This document shows, piece after piece, positions 58,466-64,000 of a stretch of 64,000 nucleotides of DNA. A program made the translations under genes and the position numbers. Position 1 is the stretch's first letter, and each line of letters opens with the position of its first letter. The notes beneath the pieces are model-generated. The model had not been told where the DNA came from. It ran no database searches and saw only the letters and a program-made list of their open reading frames with translations. The stretch is from the human T2T-CHM13v2.0 reference genome, Homo sapiens, in assembly GCF_009914755.1 (NCBI RefSeq), contig NC_060928.1, one strand, 5' to 3'.

Positions 58466-58774
58466 GGCTGAGTACAGTGGCTCAAGCTTGTAATCCTGAC
58501 ATTTTGGGATGACAGGACAGGAGGATTGCTTGGTCCCAGGAGTTTGAGACAGGCCTGGACAACATTGTGATACCCCATCTCTCATTTTTTTTTTTTTTTT
58601 TTTTTTTTTTAGTTAGGCCTGATGCACTCCGGTAGTCCCAGCTACTCTGGAGGCTGGGGCAAGAGGATTACTTGAACCCAGGAAGTCAGCGCCGCAGTGA
58701 GCTATGATGGCACCACACTGCACTCCAGCCTGGGTCTTGAGTGACAGTATTAGAGTGTGTTAAAAAAAAAAAAA
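58466..58774 (+). mobile_element. AluJ with poly(T) linker
   Basis: Both arms on the + strand; T26 at 58585-58610. Confidence 0.9.
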
Positions 58775-60644
58775 GAATCAGGATTTAAGGGCTCCCTAAT
58801 CATACATTTGGACAGAGTGTAAAGGGCATCTATGCATCTGCTTTCTATTTCCTTTTGCTATCGGGACTACTATTATTTTACATGTATTGATTTACTTGGA
58901 CATTTTTATTGGGTATCATTCTTAAACTCAAATTAACAATGATCACTTTCTGTTTTCATTTTTTACTCCTTGTGTTACTTAAAAATTGTCCTTTTTTATT
59001 AATATCTGAATCTGAACATACCATTTGATACTGAATATGAATTGCATTGTTTGTAAGTATAACTAGAAACATGCTCCTTCTCATAGTTTTTGTTGTGATT
59101 GTCTCAATAAATTTTGTATGTTAATGTGCTTTGCAAACCATAAGAAACTATGTATTACTTGTATTATTATCTCGGAATTTAGAGGCAGCAGTTTTTCATG
59201 TTGCATGTTCATTTCTTTCCACATGGCAAATTCAGGATTTGGGACTAGGCTGGCTGCCCTCCAGGACATCATTAGTAGTGACCTTGTCATTTAATGTTAA
59301 CCATGTACCTCATTCGTACATGGTTGAAAATGGCTGAAAGCCAGTGCAAGTGAAGCATTGAAAACCAGGTGAGATAGGCAGGTGCAGTCCCCATTTCCCA
59401 TGTCTGTCAAAATAATGCTCAGATCTTCAGCTTACCAGATCTGTTTCATTATTTTTGTACAGAACTGAAAGTATCTTCCCAATTCTTTCTTTCTCAGATA
59501 TTGTCTGGCCCAGAGAAACCAATTTCTAAAAATGTTAGATATGCAGCATTTCAAGGATCAACTAATCTTTACATGATTAGTGAATTCTGCTTCAATAACA
59601 TAAATCTAGTTTTTTACTACATGAAGAAAAAAATGTAAAGAATGAAGAAATAAAATGTGTACCAATGATTTAATTCTTATTTAATAAACAGTTACCAAAC
59701 TGGTGCTTTCAGGATTGCGATCTAAGTTTTAATGGATCAAATTTCTTTCCAATTCTTGTTTCATTTTATTCATATGCTTTAGTTACAGAGATAGTGTTGT
59801 TTTTTCTCATGTGCTTGGACATATTTCCATTTACTTTTGTACTTAACACTGTCAAAATGTAAATGTTTTTAGTGTATCTCATTTGACATCATATTTAAAA
59901 GGTAAATGCTACATCAAAAATGATATAATTTTTATTTATTCCTGTAGTTATTATTAAAGCCAGACTAAATGGGAATAACATTTTTTTAGTCAAGCACTGT
60001 ATGTCAATAAAACAAATCATTCTCAGATCCTTAGAAAACACATAGTTCTGGAAGACTTTATGAAAAATACAAGGAACTCCTGCCTTTATAACAAGTTAGT
60101 TTAAAATACTAATCAGTAGAAAACCTTAAGTTTATAGCAAGTTTTTTAAATACCTGGGAAAGAGAGAAAATCTCTTTGAGAGACGGCAGCTGAATTCCCA
60201 TTTCAATTGTACTTAACTGACAAGTTGTGTAAATTAAAGTACAAAAGAGTTATCTCTAGAGATTGCCACATTTCTTAACATACTTTAAAATTGATATCTC
60301 ATAAATAGTTTCTGCATAACTTCCTTGAAGAACATGCATTAAAGCACCAATATAATATATGAATGTAAAAAAAGTCTTGCATTAAATGAAGCGGTTGCAA
60401 AAAAAATCAAACATTTGGAGAAAGTTGTTCTAGGAAAAAAATGAAGAGATAGTAACAATTAATATTTGTTCTTTTCAGATAGTGCTTTCAATTATTCTAG
60501 TTAAGGAGAAATATGTTAAGCAAGTAAACAAATGTATTTCATAAAAAACAATTGTTGGGTTGGGTACCAACTGATCTCTCATGTAAATGTTTTCCTACAT
60601 GCATAATTTTTGGTTTTGTTTTGTTTTTGTAAATCTAAAAACTC

Positions 60645-60850
60645 TAGCATATCTATATATAGCACATATATAGCATATGTAGCATATATATAGCATATAT
60701 ATAGCATATATAGAGCATATATATAGCGTATATATATAGCATATATATAGCATATATACAGCATGTATAGCATATATACAGCATATATAGCATATATACA
60801 GCATATATATAGCATATATACAGCATATATATATAGCATATATATATGTG
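60645..60850. repeat. Degenerate (ATATATAGC)n minisatellite
   Basis: Repeated AGCATATAT(AT/AC) units. Confidence 0.95.
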
Positions 60851-61599
60851 CTAGGACAAAAATATCATCTATATATCTGCTATTAATTGATAATAATAAT
60901 ATTATATATATTACATATATATAGGCATACGCATGCAAATGCATGTTCATGTGTGAGTTCATGCATGTGTGTGTCTGTTCAAAGGAAAGACAAATTTACT
61001 CTATGAAACTTGCATGGAATGATGGTCTCCACCAACTTAGAATTCTTACAGTCTGAAGTTTGACAGCTGTTGGAACTGATCCTAGATTCAGGTATTAAAC
61101 AAGTTTTGTTAAATTGACTAAAATTAATTTTACAAAATGAATTTGCATTTAGTTGAGCTTGTATTCTTCAGTTGGCCACCAACACCATCACACCTTGCTA
61201 TGTTACATATTTTCCCTATATATTAAAACTAACTGTCAATTCCCTGGAGGCATTTGATTTATGTCTTCTGTTTCTGATTTATGCTTCTAGAAGAACAGCA
61301 GGAGATTATCTTCTAAAAATTAGCAGAAAAATTATATTGTCAGTAATAAAATAAAATATTCCAGATTCTGCTTTGGATAGCTAAAAGTCTTCTAAAAATT
61401 ATGAGTGGAGAATTCAGAGCTAAATAATGACTTATTACAATCGTATAATACCTGCCTTGTGCCTGCAATGCATACCAATAATAAATCACATTTTGTGGTA
61501 AAATTACTGTCAAAACTTCATAGAATAATGGTCATTATGTCAAAAAAATAGACTAAGCAATAAATTTCTACACAATTGTGATAATACTTAATCAGGTGA

Positions 61600-62190
61600 A
61601 AATACACATACATATATGTATTTATACATATACACATAAATGTATATATACCCATATATATATGCACAAACACACACAAAAGCTGGTTAAGTCATATAAA
61701 CATGAGAATAAAAAAATACAGAGAAAATATAGAAACAAACATAGAAATATGTAAAAGACATCAACAGTCAATTTATAAAAATGCAAAATGATGAATAAAC
61801 AAATATATTTTATTATTACTAATAAATAATAAATTTCAGAAGCTAGACTTATTTTGGCTAATAAGATTAGCAATATTTAAAATGTATTTTTAGAAAATAC
61901 AGATGACAGTGTCACTTTGTAGACAATTTTTGTATAATAACAGGGATATATACTAGCACAATTTTTTGATGACAACTTTATGACAGGCCTGCAAATGTGA
62001 TATATGGATGTCTTTAGACCCAGAATTTTACTTCTGAGAATGTGACTTAAGGAAAAAATTAGGTAAATGTACAAAGATGGATTGCAAGGATGTTCATCAT
62101 GATGTTGGACAAATAGCCCCATGTTGTCTTTTGAAAAGGAGTAAATTATGTCAAATTACATAGTGAAATATTAAAAGAATATTGAAATAA
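61600..62190 (+). mobile_element. L1ME-type fragment preceded by a TA-rich tract
   Basis: CTTTAGACCCAGAATTTTACTTCTGAGAAT, GCAAGGATGTTCATCA. Confidence 0.55.
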
Positions 62191-62884
62191 TGATACCCAG
62201 TCAGTCCTATAACACACATTTATAACATTTACTAAATCATAGGTATATTCTAAGAACTGGTGTTTTTCTGGTTGGAAGAAAAGTATTAAAGTAGCTGACC
62301 TAATTTTCTCTCCTGATTACTGGAGCAAAGCCCCAGAAGAAAGTCAGTGGCCCAGTCTAATCTTGTAAATATGTTGATAAGCAGACTCCCTAATAAATAG
62401 ACTAAAAAGATTTGCTATGAAAAGGAAACTTACATGGAATTATTTTAGCAGGTTATCCCCAGGTAAGATAGCTCGTGATAAACAAACCAAGAACCTCTAA
62501 ATGTATCAAGCATAGGTTCCTGGAAAATGTCAGTTTAGCTACACAAACAATGCTTTGGTGTATAACTTGATGTTCTAAACGGAATGGTTCCTGTAAGAGG
62601 TAACCCACGAACTTCACTTAGAGAACTGATTTATTACTCTGAGTCTGAGAAAGTGTTTATCACGTGAAAATTAAGGACCCAGGAAGCCACCATCAAAGTC
62701 CCACATCTTCTTTTCATTTGCTCATGACAGTAAATTTTTTCTGCCATTGATGCAACGTGTTATATTTGATTTATTTAAATCTGATTTTGAAATATGTTCC
62801 TTTGTGTTAGGTCAATGGTGAACGAAACAAGTTTTATAAATGAAAGTGTGTTTCTCTTTCAGTGAAAGAGATAGAAAAATTCGT

Positions 62885-63125
62885 AGACAAATTAAGAAAT
62901 AATACAACTTCAAACAAACACTTTTAAGTGCTAATAAAATTAAAAGAGAGCAGTATAGTAGAAGATAACAATGTGAAATAGAGGACTACTTCAGCGAGTT
63001 TGGTCAGGAAAGGCTTCTGAGAGGAGTTGACATTTGCGTAGGGATCTGAATATTAAGAAAGAGGTCATAGAGAAAGCATGATAAAGAGCCTTGTGAAAAT
63101 TTTGAGACAGATTTTAAACAGGAGG
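62885..63125 (-). mobile_element. L2 fragment
   Basis: GGTCAGGAAAGGCTTCTGAGGAGTTGACATTTG. Confidence 0.7.
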
Positions 63126-63148
63126 AAAAGCAAACTCTGAGATCTGTT

Positions 63149-64000
63149 CCAGTGGTGTCTAATCGTTTGGTTTAAAATATCCTTTACCCTACAAATTACT
63201 GACGACCTCAAAGAACTTTTGATTTGGGGGCTATTTTTACATGTTGAGCATCCCTAATCAGAAAATCCAAAATCTGAAATGTGCCAAAATTCCAAACGTT
63301 TCCAGTATGAACATGATGTCACAAACAGGAAATTCCACGCTTGACCTCATAGGATGGGTTGCAAAATGCAGTAAAAACTTTGTTTCCTGTGCAAAAGTAT
63401 TTAAAATATGATATAAAATTACCTTTAGGCTCTGTGTATAAGGTGTATATGAAACATAAATTTAGTACTTAGACTTGGGTCTCATCCCAAAATTACCTGA
63501 TTATGTATATGAAAATATTTTAATATAAAAATTCAAAACACTTCTGATTCCAAGCATGTTGGATAAGGGATAATGAATCTGTATTAATATTTGCCATATT
63601 AGAAATTAAAATGGATAATTTAAAAATATAGTAGTTTAACAATGCATTTAAATACAACAATAAACCCCTTACATGTTTACATAAATGACATTTTAATTTA
63701 ATGATGACATTATCCAAGATAATAATAACAACAAAAGGATGGAGAAGAATGCTCTTGTGGTTTATTGGTACAATATACTTTAACAATAGATGTCTTAGTT
63801 CTTATATTTGCTTCTGCCTTCAATCTGTTTGGTATCATAGTTTATGTAGACTCTGGAAAATGCCACTTTATATTTGTGAAAGAATGTCACTACCAAGCAT
63901 ATAAAGTCCTATTATTATTATAAAAAAATAAGTTGACTTTGTGGACCCCTTGAACATGTCTTGGTGACCTCCAGGGTTTGGCAGACCATAATTTAAAATC
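63149..64000. mobile_element. Charlie1/MER119-type hAT element, interrupted by MER46C
   Basis: CAGTGG...GACCTCAAAGAACTTTTG; CATATTAGAAATTAAAA; GCTTCTGCCTTCAATCTG; GGACCCCTTGAA. Confidence 0.7.
63240..63581. mobile_element. MER46C/Tigger4-type element
   Basis: TA|CATGTTGAGCATCCCTAATC...GATAAGGGATAATGAATCTG|TA; degenerate TIRs and TA TSD. Confidence 0.82.

Noticed and set aside
60579-60962. Tyr/Ile/Met-rich ORFs
   Set aside because: Translation of a TA-rich minisatellite

Overview
This is AT-rich primate genomic DNA, almost certainly human given a near-consensus AluYa5. It reads as an intergenic or deep-intronic, repeat-dominated region. I cannot support any protein-coding gene: the longer ORFs in the track are decayed L1 ORF2, THE1 internal sequence, Alu or LTR read-through, or low-complexity DNA. 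The window holds layered transposable elements: L1 of several ages, L2, MIR, Alu/FLAM, MaLR (one complete THE1 plus THE1, MST and MLT1 solo LTRs), ERV9 LTR12, MER11, an LTR18-like piece and several DNA transposon fossils. The most notable structures are an L1 3' transduction (57.2-57.4 kb), an AluYa5 inserted exactly into an older Alu's target site (47 kb), a perfect 22-bp palindrome fused to a tandem repeat (46.65 kb), a TSD-less patchwork of element fragments (54.8-55.9 kb), and candidate non-coding exons, some downstream of an LTR12 promoter. I found no evidence of a genuinely novel biological system. Subfamily calls are by eye from remembered consensus motifs and need RepeatMasker/Dfam confirmation.
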